NCBI GenBank assembly: GCA_013239625.1
Contig: MU053379.1
Span: 8,490 to 72,489, forward strand
Reading direction: 5' to 3'
Length of the DNA: 64,000 bases
Source: Lama guanicoe
Taxonomy: Eukaryota
Below the pieces are notes generated by a model, which did not search any database, was not told where the DNA came from, and was given only the letters and a program-made list of their open reading frames with translations. The translations under genes were made by a program, and so were the position numbers. Shown here in pieces: positions 38,801-49,920 of this stretch (position 1 is its first letter; every line of letters starts with the position of its first letter).

Positions 38801-41800
38801 ATTCGTCAGGCCTCCTCAGCAGAGGCAACAATGGTGGGTTCCTGGTTTACCCCTTTTAACCTCCCTGCTGCCTACCTTTTCTAGCAGCGATGCTCACCAG
38901 CAGAGCAATGGTCAAAAAGTGGCCGAGTGGAGGCAGGAGCCAGGGTGCTGAATCATGCCCTTTTGAAAAGCAAGACTTGATGGAGCTAGGGGCTTCCTGG
39001 GGAGACCGGAGGGAATGGATGGGCCCTTTTGGCTGGGAGCGCGGACGCCCATCCACGGGGATGCACCACGGGATCCATGCAGCTTGGCAGCATTATAAAG
39101 GCTGCAGTTTATTCAAGGTTTCACTTGAATAAATTCTTCTTGAACACTGTCTCCAGGGAATTTCCACAAATCTGTTTTGTCAGAGAGCTCAGAATTCATT
39201 CTTTTTTGGCTCTCTGTTGCTCAAAGCAAGTAGAAACCCAAGGGATCCAGCCTGTCTATGTAAAATAAACACTGTTCTTCCTGGAGCAGCTGAGCCCGAG
39301 GAAAGCGAGGCCAGGAAGTGCACAGGACCCAAGGCTGAAGCAAGCTGAAGTGTCCCCATCCCTTCCTCACATGCCTTTCCCTGCCTGGGGAGTAAATGGA
39401 GGGGTGCAGTGCAGACTCTGTCCTCGACTACCAAGGCTTGGTCTATATGCTCTTACTTCTAATGTACTTTTTCATATTTTTGCCTTCAGAGGCTTTTCTG
39501 GCCCAAATCATTGTCCCTCCCCTTTGCCTGCACACCCCTAGGCTTTCGCCATCTGCCCGGTCCCGCCTAATCTCAATGATGAGCTAATACACATTTGCAT
39601 GCCAAGGTGTCAACTACTGATGATGTTATAAATGATGACTGCCTCAGGATCACCTCCAGCATCCTGGCCACTGCCACTCGCTATTAATGATGGGCCTTGA
39701 CCTTCCAGCCCTATTCCAGGCCACTCTAATGACTCAGATGCTTTGGACAGAGCACACTAGACTTGTACTGCCAGCCACAGCTGGGATTCAGACCTCAGCC
39801 AAGCTTGGAGTACCCAGGCTCCCCTAAATCAGAGCATCTCCCCTCCACCACAGATAATGCTCGGGGCCCAGCCACACCTTCCTCTTGTTTGCCTCTCAGT
39901 CAGTTGGAAGCTGCTGTCTGAATTTTTAGGTGCTGCACACCCAGTTTCTGAGCCCGTCTGACCAAAGGCAAGAAGGCTGCCCGCTGCCACGTCCCGCCAG
40001 GAGCAGGTGGTTGGTCTGGTTGTGATGGCCAAATGTAGCTGGAAGTAGCCCAGCTCCTGAAGGTGGTGCTGCAACAGTGAGTCAAGGAGCTGTTTCTGCC
40101 CTCCTACAGCTCACGGATGGAAAATCTATCTAAAACCTGGGCTGGAAGGGAGGTATGTGGCATGAAGAGGGCCTAGAACAGAGGAATTTGACCTGCTCGG
40201 GGAGGTCAGAGGATGCTTTCCTGCAAAACTGGAAGTTGAGCTGAGATCTGCAGGAAAAGAAGGTTGGTAAGGCACATGGGGTGGGGGGAAGCCCCAAGCA
40301 GAAGGGACAGCCTGCCCTGGGGAGGGATGGGCACAGCTATTCAGGGAGTTGAAAGACTCAATACTGGTTGGTGTGCCCAGGGGGAGGAGGGTGGGGCTGC
40401 ACCATGGAGGGCCTTTTGTTCAGGCATCATAAGGGCTGGTCCTGATCAGAAGTGCACTGGCGTTGCATCAGCGGGAAAAAGACGGAGGGGCCTGGAGCTT
40501 CCAGCCCGGCCAAGAGCACTGTTGCAATGATGGGTCATGAGGTCTAAAGTGCATCAAGAAGCAAGTGGAGCAAAGAGAAGGCTGATGGGAGAAAACGAAG
40601 TGACCATGACCATGATGCTCCCATCAAAGAGAAGAGTGGTCCTAGTGAAGTGACTCAAATAGTGAGCAGGGCATTCACCGGCCTCTGCCTTGGCTTCCGA
40701 AGGGTGCTGTTAGGAACGTCTCTGTGGAGGCGCGGAGGTGGGAAGGGAGGAGGCAGCCACAGGCAGGCATGTCTAAGGCGTTAGCACTGAGAAGAGCAGG
40801 GAGGCAGGGAGTGTCGGCCAGGGAGGGAGATTTGAACAGGAATCCATTTGTTCGGCTAGCTGGAGCTAGGGACAGCTTTTATATTTTGCTTATTTTTCTC
40901 TTAATATTAGAGAAAAATATGAATATTCCTATTTCCACTGACAGATTATTCTTGACTATTATTATTTTTTTCCAGAGGGGGAGTCTTTAAAAAAATCTTG
41001 GGAAATAATATCAAATTTTGAAATGTTGAAAAAATGAAGCATTCTAAGGATGTCATAAGGAGCATCCATATCCTTGAAAAGGGATGTCAGGGAAGATAGA
41101 AATTACAGGTTAAAGACTGGGGAGAGGGGCTTGCCTCAGAAAACTCCCCTGGAAGTTAATGAGGACTTTTTGTTGAATAAATGCTATTTTTATTCATAGT
41201 ATTCCAGGGAAATGCACAATTTGGACAACATAAAATCAAGACCTGCAGGATGAAAGCTATTTTCTTGAAATTGCACAGACCTGGAAGGGCATGCCATGAA
41301 CTGTGTCAGCCTCACCACTCACATCCTTGCCCACCTTCCTCCTGCAGGAAAAAAATTTTTTGATCCACTTGTACAAAAAGGAAAGGGATAATTAAGTGAC
41401 TGATATTTGAGGCTTTTGTTTCTCTAAGACAGTGTCAAAGGTATAAGAATTTTAAATTGTAATAAATGTCCTAAAATTATTTTCCCTTTCTCCCAAGTGT
41501 GTAGAAATGTATGATTTTTTTATCAGAGTTTTATTAGATTGCCTATTTCACCTTACTCTCCTTGGACTTATAAGTTTTAAATCTTTTTATTTCTTACTAA
41601 TCTAATGGTTTGGTTGGCAGACTAAACATTTATTCTGAACTTTGCCCTACTTTTACCGATACATTTGTTAAATGCTAACAAATAATGAAACTAAAAACAA
41701 GTAAAATATGGCCTATGGCGTCATGCAAGTTAAGCCACCTTTCTGGGAAAATACTTCAATGTATTATGGTGATCATATTTGATCACCAAATCAAATGCCC

Positions 41801-42285
41801 TTTACAAAATTAGGAAATATGGGGAAAAAATCTTGTGTGCAATTACAGTGTTCGATGACATTACTCATGGCTGCTACACCAGGTGATAAAGATGCATGGA
41901 GACAGGTGGCTTATTTCTAATGATAAGTAAGAGCAAGTCAGTCCTCCAGGGCCAATTTGCTATTTTTCAAGCACCACCTAGATTTTCAGTCCTACGAGAC
42001 ACAAGAGGGCCAGAGTGAAAAGATGGTAATTGTAAAGACGAGTTTATGTCACTGAAAAATAAAACAAGCTTTGGACTCTTAGCTTTATTCTTTTTTTCCT
42101 TAGTATTTTAGTAATCTCAGCAGTAAATACAGAGAAAAAAAGTCAATTTTCTCTTTTTCTTCCCTTTCAAAGTGACTTACAGGATTGTTGGATTATTCAG
42201 ACAATGTCAGTAAGCCTATTAATGACAGTATGATTTGGGTCTCCAAGTCATCCAGGTATGTATGTTCTCTATAATTAAAAAAAAG

Positions 42286-42403
42286 TTTTTAAAAATTTAA
42301 ATTAATTATTATTAATTTTTAAATGGAGGTATACTGGGGATTGAACCCAGGACCCTTTGCATGCTAAACAGGCATTCTACCACTGAGCTACACCCCCCAC
42401 CCC
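42286..42403 (-). mobile_element. tRNA-Ala-derived SINE (vic-1-like, short form)
   Basis: TACTGGGGATTGAACCCAGGACC...CTACCACTGAGCTACACCCC. Confidence 0.9.
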
Positions 42404-43823
42404 CATTCTCCACAGTTTTAAAACACATCTATTACTTGCTTACATTTGCTGTATTGGATTAACTGACTTTGCAAATGCTTCATAAATAGGTTTTCTTTTC
42501 TACCAAATTTAATGTCTTTTAATTTAAAGAGAACAGCAATATTTAATAGGATATTAAAATGAGAATTTTGTCTCCAAGTTTCCACCAAGACCCTGACAGG
42601 CTTCAAAACAGAACAGATGCTAAAATTTCTCACATTTCATAGTGAGATTCTGGGTCAATTATGCAAAAGAACTAGTTGGTGATCCAGCCAACAGCCACTT
42701 CTTGGTATTTTTTTCCTCCCCATCTTTCACCCACGCCTTGGTGAAGGCGGCAGGGGCAGTTGCTTTTCCTGTATCTCTAGCCTATTGAAAAGAGCGCTGA
42801 GGGGATCCTCTGAGCACTTGACATTCTTCTTGTGAGGTCAAGGGTAATTTAAAGTCCCAGTTCTGGCCGTATGTCTCTGTTGATACCCACAGCTGATGCC
42901 TGCCTCCTTCCTAGTGCGGGGCCATTGCAAATCATCATCACTAACCTGTTAGGGTTGCTGTTTTACAAATCCACAACTTTGGCCAGTTAGGGAAGTTGGG
43001 TAGCAGAGCCTACATGTGCACTAGTGGTACCTAGAGTTAGTATATATCAGGGTTGGCTCATTTGCATATGACCCATCCTAGCAGGGGTCTGAGTAGCAAG
43101 ACCCTTGGGGGAACCAATCACAGAGAAGGTCCTAATACAGAGAATAAGAACCATGGGTTCTGACAGCTCGATGGCATCTGTTCTCACTACAAGGGCATGA
43201 GCTGTTTGCCTGACACTGGCTGGTCCATTTGTTGGCCAGAGCCCTGAACTTCACTTGTACAAGATCCAATCCACAGTGATAGTTGTGGCAGACACCAGGG
43301 AGGAAGCTTCCACACCCGCAAGGTGACTAATGGCCAAAGCTCATCACACTGGACAGTTGAGATGGAAGCATTTCACTGTATGGAAACTGTATCTTAAAAA
43401 CAAGCATTGATGTCTAGCTGATAACACTCACACTGATGTGTTTAAGGGTGATGTGTCCTGATACCTGCAACCTACTAATCAATGCATCAAAAATAAGATG
43501 GACTGTTAGGTAGTTTTGTGATGGAGCAGACAAAGAAAAGTGTCAAAAATTGTGGAATCTAGACAGTGGGTGTCTGGAGCTCATTGTACAATTTTTTCAA
43601 TTTTTTAAAAATGTTTGAAGGTTTTCATAATAAAATGCTAGAAAAAAATGTAAGCAAAGTAATTTCTTTGCCAAATAAAGGACTTTGGATGGACTACAGA
43701 GGAAATAAAAATAATTAGTGATGAATAATACATTTGGTTATTTACAATAAATGCATAAACGTTTATAAAAACAAATGACCAAAATTGACTCTAAAGAGGT
43801 AGAAAACTTGTCCAAGTGGATAA

Positions 43824-43921
43824 TTTTTTTGTACTTTTTGTTTTTTTAATGGAGGTACTGGGGATTGAACTTGGGACCTCGTGCGAGCTAAGCACACACA
43901 CTACCCCTGAGATCTACCCAC
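43824..43921 (-). mobile_element. tRNA-Ala-derived SINE (vic-1-like, short form, diverged)
   Basis: T-rich tail followed by TGGAGGTACTGGGGATTGAACTTGGGACCTCGTGCGAGCTAAGC. Confidence 0.88.
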
Positions 43922-44153
43922 TTCTTGATTATTTTTTAAAAATGATTTTTAAACAATGTCAAGTATGAGTTAAGTGGTTACCCAAGGGTGTGCAAGTATG
44001 AACAGGGAGAGGTTTGATGAGAAGGCAAGACACTGGGGGCACTGAGGACAGAGAAGGAATTGGGTACCAGAAAACTGACCATTGTTACTAGCTTAGCTTT
44101 GTGGTCTAAGGTGATGGTTTCTAGCCTTATTTGATTACATTAAGGGTTAGAGC

Positions 44154-44347
44154 CATGGTTCTCCAACTTGGGTGTGCCTCACAGTCCCCTGGAGGACTTG
44201 TTAAGATGTCAGTTGCTGGGCCCTACCTCCAGAGTTTATAATTCTGTTAAGTCTGAGGGGCGGGGTGAGCTGAAGGTTTTGCGTTTCTATAAAGGTCCCA
44301 GGTGTTGCTGCAGCCACTGGCCCAGGCTCACATGCTGAGCAGCAGGG
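44154..44347. mobile_element. hAT-Charlie element (MER5A-like)
   Basis: TGGTTCTCCAACTT...CCCTGGAGGACTTGTTAA...TTGCTGGGCCCTACCTCCAGAGTTT...CCCAGGTGTTGCTG. Confidence 0.75.
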
Positions 44348-44724
44348 GCCTGAGTCATTCGCCCCATATACACCTGCTGTCTTTATAATCTCAGCAACTC
44401 ATCGCGGAAACAGATCGTTTGTCCAGGCAAATGATTACAGGCAGAGATTCAGATGTGAGAAAACCCACCCAGGATTTGTCGCCAAGGAACATGTATATAG
44501 TAATTTTGGTCATCTTCTCTGTCTATATCCTTGCATTTCTATTAAAATATTATAATTTTCCCTTTTTTTGAGGGGTTCATGTAGTATCACTTATGTGGGA
44601 AGACAGCTGTTTGTTCTTCCCAGATGTATACAGTTTAAAGAGATTATAGTTTACATTAAAGCATTAATTATTCATGTTAATTATATTAAAGGACTGTAAT
44701 TAGTTTTGAAGGGTATGTCCCCAA

Positions 44725-45005
44725 ACTGGCAAAAGGCAAGGATGGCCTAATGGTGATTACAGCTAATAACGCTATCCTGCACACCTGAATGTTGCTAAGC
44801 GTGTAGTCCTTAAATGTTCTCACCACTAAAAAGAAACAGTAATTATACGATAGGAAGGAGGTGTGGTAGCTAATGCTACCGAGGGGGTCATTTTGCAATA
44901 CGTAAACACATCAAAGTGTCATGTGGTTCACCTTAACCTTAGACAATGTTCCATGTCAATTGTGTCTCAATAAAGCCAGGAAAAAAAAAAAGAAAGAAAA
45001 AAAGA
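44725..45005 (+). mobile_element. L1MA/MB-like 3' end
   Basis: GTTGCTAAGCGTGTAGTCCTTAAATGTTCTCACCAC...ATGTCAATTGTGTCTCAATAAAGCCAGGAAAAAAAA. Confidence 0.8.
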
Positions 45006-45131
45006 AGGAATAAAGCTCACTTATCAAATCTTTCATAAACACCACATGTAAGTGGATCTCTGTGTACACATGTTACATACACACATGTACACACACTAAT
45101 ACTTCAGAGGCAAAGGGCCTCCTTGAATTTG

Positions 45132-45271
45132 CTTTTTTTTTTTCTGCTTTAAGCTGGGGAGGTAATTAGGTTTATTTATTTATTTATATTTGGAGGAGGT
45201 GCTGGTGATTGAACCCAGAACCTCGTGCATGCTAAGAGCATGTGCTCTACCACTTGAAATATACCCTCCCC
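45132..45271 (-). mobile_element. tRNA-Ala-derived SINE (vic-1-like, long form)
   Basis: GGGGAGGTAATTAGGTTTATTTATT...GATTGAACCCAG; TSD CTCCTTGAATTTG (45119-45131) / CTCCTTAAATTTG (45272-45284). Confidence 0.92.
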
Positions 45272-46384
45272 CTCCTTAAATTTGAATAGTATTTTTTTTT
45301 CATATCTCAATTTGGGATGAAAAAATGTTGCTGTGGTGCCTTTCCCTGCCCCTCCCAAACCCTACCCCAGTGACTAGACAAATAAGACAGTGGTCACTGC
45401 TGACAACTGAATTTGTAGCTGGGAAGCTGGAGGAAAAAGTGAAAAAATCTCTCAAAACTGAAATAGAAATCACAAGGGAAAAAAAAAATAAAAGATTCGG
45501 AGGCCAGATCCAGGAGCCCTAAGTGAGACTAACAGGCATTCCAGATGGAGCAGACGGGACAGATGGGCGGCAGTTAATCACTCACATAATTGAAAACTTC
45601 GCTCATTTGACAAAAGACTTGGTTTGCAGATACATGTGCTCCCAGAGTTCCAAATGTGATTAATGAAAAAAGACACACACTTCTGCACATCCTGGTAAAA
45701 TGATAAATTAAGAATAAACAGTAAAATGTTCCTTTCCCAAGTAGATGGAAAGGATAACTTCAGCACCATGCCACGGCCTGAGACAGGCCACTCCCATTTC
45801 TCCTGTTTCAGGAATTTCCAGGCTCCAAAAGAGAGTCTGCTTTCTCCCCACTTCGCTTTGTGTGGAGGATTAGAGATGACTGCAGATTCTTTTGTCCCTC
45901 ACTTTTGAGAGGTGGGTTTTTTTCTCTTCCCTAGAGTCTGGGCTGGCCCAGGGGCTGCTTCCCCATTAGAAGGTGACAGGGTGGTGCAGGGCCTGTCCCA
46001 GGCCTTGTCTGTAAGAGGACTAGCTGCTTCTCATCCCTGCTCCTTAGAGCGCTCGCTCCTGGGAAAGTCTGCTTACCCGGCTGCCGGGCGGTGGGGGAGC
46101 CCTAGCCAAGTGGAGAGGCCCCAAGCAGGATTCCTGCTGGCAGCCCACTGAGTTCTCAGGTCTGGAAAAGATGGTCAGGGTCAGAACCCCCGTTAGTGGA
46201 CGGGGAGGGAGATGCCAGAATGGATAGGCTTCAGTAATCTTACCCAGCTTCACCTCCTTGGCCAGGCTCCGCGGAACCCCTTAAAGGAGAATCCAACAGA
46301 GTGTCTGTAAGCTGAGCATTTCCTTCTCTTTCTGGTTAGCCCTTTATAGTGGGATTATGTACGGTCCCCCCACCCCGAGTGTTA

Positions 46385-46615
46385 CTGAGAAATAACTGAC
46401 ATACGTGACTCTGTAAGTTTAAGGTGCACAGCATGATGGCTTGGTTTATACACATTGTGAAATAATTACCACCATAGGTTTAGTTAACATGCATTAACTC
46501 ATACAGATATAATAAAGAGAAAAGAAAAAAAATTCTGTGGTGAGAACTCTTAAGATCTATTCTTAACTTCCCTACACTATATCATACAGTGTTAACTACA
46601 ACTAGTTGTCATGTT
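46385..46615 (-). mobile_element. L1MA-like 3' end
   Basis: GTAAGTTTAAGGTGCACAGCATGATG...GTGGTGAGAACTCTTAAGATCTA. Confidence 0.78.
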
Positions 46616-46917
46616 GTAGGTGGCATATGGGTATTTTGGGGTATACCTCTGGACCTTTGTGATAGTATTTAATCTCTTCTATTGCCAAGACCCAAATCTT
46701 CTGCCAGGATCCTACAGAACGGGGCTGTGGGGAAGCAGCCAATAGATGCCCCTGATCATCTAAGACAAAGAAAAGTGTTGGGCTGTTAGGCCATGAAATG
46801 CCAGCCCAATGAGTATTGTTACCATGAGATCCAAAACCAACCAACCAAACAAACAAACAAAAAAACCCCAAACCCAGTCAGGAAGGATGCGGATCCTACT
46901 AGGGTAGTATAGTAACA

Positions 46918-47372
46918 ATGTCTTTTATTTTCTGTACTCTGGTATTGTTTGTTTTAGAAGGGGAGGTAATTAGGTTTCTTCGTTGATTTCTGCTTGGAGG
47001 AAGTACTGGGGATTGAACCCAGGACCTCTTGGGTGGTGAGCACGCGCTCTACCACTTGAGCTATACCCTTCCCCCTGTTTTGAGTATTCTGATGTTTAAA
47101 CATCTGGGGTCTTGCTGACCCTTGAAGTGCTTGTTAGCCAATTCCTAGAGACAGTCAACAACTCACCCACAAGCAAGCTTTTCAAATGCAAACCAACCAA
47201 CCCAGATCCCTCCCCACCCCCCACTTCATCAGGCTGTCACACTGGACCGCTATCCACCTGCCCTGACTACCCCAGGGCTGGGTACCCGACAACCAGAGAC
47301 AGCCCAGTGGCCCAGAGCCCACTGAAATCAGTGCAAATGAGCCAAGCCTAACTTTGCTTACCCTGCCTTGCT
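46918..47372 (+). mobile_element. ERVL LTR fragment (MER74-like), interrupted by a SINE
   Basis: ATTCTGATGTTTAAACATCTGGGGTCTTGCTGACCCT...AGCCAATTCCTAGAGACAG. Confidence 0.7.
46945..47074 (-). mobile_element. tRNA-Ala-derived SINE (vic-1-like, long form)
   Basis: GGGGAGGTAATTAGGTTT...TACTGGGGATTGAACCCAGGACC...CTACCACTTGAGCTATACCC. Confidence 0.9.
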
Positions 47373-47591
47373 CGGAACTGTCAGAAGAAAGGAAGTGAAG
47401 GGAGCCGACCTGGACAGGGAATAAAAGCTAACCAAGGATGTGGGTTCAGGTATGGGCAAGCTTCAGCCTGATCTCACTGAGCATAGACCCACCTGAGTGG
47501 GCTTACCTTAAGGCAAGAAGGCCAGACCTTTAAACTCCCTGTTAGTGGTTGGCTGTGGGCAGCTGGGGCTTGGGGTGCCACGGTGCGCTGT

Positions 47592-47960
47592 TGTTATGGG
47601 CTGATCTTTGTGTCCCTCAAATTCCTATGCTGAAGTCCTAACCCCCAGGACCTCAGAAAGTGACTATTTGGAGATACGTTCTTTAAAGAGATAGTGAAGT
47701 TAGAATGAGGTCATGAGGGTGGGCCCTAACCCACCATGACTGGTGTCTTTATAAGAAGAGGACATTTGAACACACACACACGGAGAACTCCATGCAAGAA
47801 ATCAGAAGAGGATGGCCACCCACAAGCCAAGGAGAGGGACCTCAGAATGAAGCCAATGTCGCCAACACCTTGGTCTTGAAGCTCTGGCCTCCAGAACTGT
47901 AAGGAGATAAATTTCTGTTGTTTCAAGCCACCCAGTCTGCAGCCCCAGCAGACGAATGCA
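47592..47960 (+). mobile_element. MaLR solo LTR (MLT1B-like)
   Basis: TGTTATGGGCTGA start; CCAGAACTGTAAGGAGATAAATTTCTGTTGTTTCAAGCCACCCAGTCTG near the end. Confidence 0.88.
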
Positions 47961-49477
47961 CCTTTGACCAAGGGCAATTCTCTGGAGAAGGGAGCAGCTG
48001 TGCATGGTGTTAGCCACCAACACGCCCAGCAGCTGGGGATGGATGCCCTGCCTGGTAAAGGGACCCATCCTCTAGGGTTATGGTGTAGCACTGAGGGATC
48101 TCTTAAAGGGTACCCTGCACGCTTTTAGAAACCAGTGTTTATTTAGCTTCTACTCTGGGTCATTCTCTGAGGACGCAGAGGGACGGGGGAGAATGGAGGT
48201 GGATTATCTGACGGCCATGATCTCCTAGCTTGGTACTTTCATCTTTTTCCCGGAGCAGAAATGAAAGGGAGATGGGGCCTGACATGAAGCAGAGGAGGGA
48301 AAGGAGGGTGTGGCTTGTGTTTCTTAATTGGGAAGGGGAGCAGGACCTGCTGGGTAAATGGGAGTGTCTATGGCAACCTGCCACCTCTCCTCCCATCACC
48401 CAGTAAAGCACAAACCATCTTAATAACACGAGAAAGGCATCGTGAGACAGGCTGCCTTCCCTCGTTACCATAATCCACTCTTTCTCCTAATGTTTTTACA
48501 TTTCTTTACTCTTGCCTGCTGGGTGGGAAGTTTTCAGGAAGGCAAATTAAATTACTGCTGAGGTTTATCAAGTTGATTTTTCCACCCAATCACTTTCTGT
48601 GCTTAATAAAGCGAAGGACAGTTTATTGATTAGAAACTTCTGCAGGATGCTTTATGAGCAGGGTAGTGAAACATAATTCTTCCTAATGGTCAGAAAGTTG
48701 GCTGCTTCAGACCCGCGGTATGATTTCCGTCAGCGAAACGGAACTCACTTTTTCAAGTATTTACTCCGTTTTACTTTCCACCGGCTGTGCTAAGTTGCTC
48801 CTAAGCAAGACAAATCCCTTCCATAATTTGGATAGCGCATTTTGCGACAGGATCACATAAATCTTGCTGCGACGAGGACGCTTCCATCACCCTGATATAG
48901 GAAGGCCATCATAAAAGAGAACACAGTTATGCTGCCTGAGTGGGGAAGAATGTGCAGTAGCTACATTCAACAGAGTCGGGTCTTCCTGTGTTTAAGAAAA
49001 GCATGAGGAAATCTAAGACCCTGCCTTTGTGCACAGAGGTGGATCCACCACACAGCAATAAAACTTATGCTTAGGGGCTCCTACTTACACGAGGACTTCC
49101 ATGGCTCTGTATCAAAGTCTGTGTTCATTAAAGTTTTTATTCCTTTCTTTTAAAGTGGACCCCACATTGAATCGTCTCCAGGCTTCCCACACCTGAAACT
49201 GCCCCCTCTTGGATGTAATTTTGCCCAAAGAAATTATTATGGGTAAGACACTTGAGTCAGCACCTATGGAGAGCCCGAAGGGGGAATATTCAGTACATAC
49301 ACCTGTTGCTTTGAGCCCACAGGACAGACTTCTGTCATCAACGATTCCCCAAGGTAACTGTTGCGTGGAGCCCTGTATCAGGCGTTTAGCTGGTCCCTGC
49401 TGTGGATCCATTCGGGCAGCCATGTGAAGATCATACTCCATCAGATCATTTTATGAAGATTTAGTCTATCTGTTGGC

Positions 49478-49693
49478 CAGTGTTTCCCAACTAGGGGTGA
49501 TTCTGCTTCCCAGGGAACTTCTGGTAACGTCTGGAGACAGCTTTGGTCACCATGACTGACAGGGTGGTAGTGGCATCTGGCAAGTAGAGAGGCCAGGGAT
49601 GCTGGGAAACACCCTGCCATGCACTGGGCGGCTCTCTGAACCGAAGAATAGTCCGGCTCCAAGCGTCAGTGGTAACACAACTGAGAAAGCTGG
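49478..49693. mobile_element. hAT-Charlie element (MER20-like)
   Basis: GGGGTGATTCTGCTTCCCAGGG...TGGTAACGTCTGGAGACA...GTAGAGAGGCCAGGGATGCTG. Confidence 0.82.
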
Positions 49694-49696
49694 CTG

Positions 49697-49920
49697 TAGA
49701 GAGCAGAGATGAAGATTCCGGCAGCGGGGTCCGGAGATCTGACTCAGGCTTCCACTTGCTGGACCTTGAAGCCTCTGTTCCCTCATCTGAAAGTGGGGAT
49801 AATATTAGTATCCGTCTCTTGGGGCTGTTGAGAGTGTTCCACAAGGTAACACAGGTAAGATGCTCAGCTAACCCAGAGCCTTGCTTAGGGCACTCACAAA
49901 GTGCTGGCCCATTGCTATTA
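49697..49920 (+). mobile_element. MIR SINE
   Basis: GCCTCTGTTCCCTCATCTGAAAGTGGGGATAATA core. Confidence 0.7.

Noticed and set aside
41767..41788. Perfect hairpin TGGTGATCA-TATT-TGATCACCA
   Set aside because: A 9-bp stem is expected by chance in 64 kb
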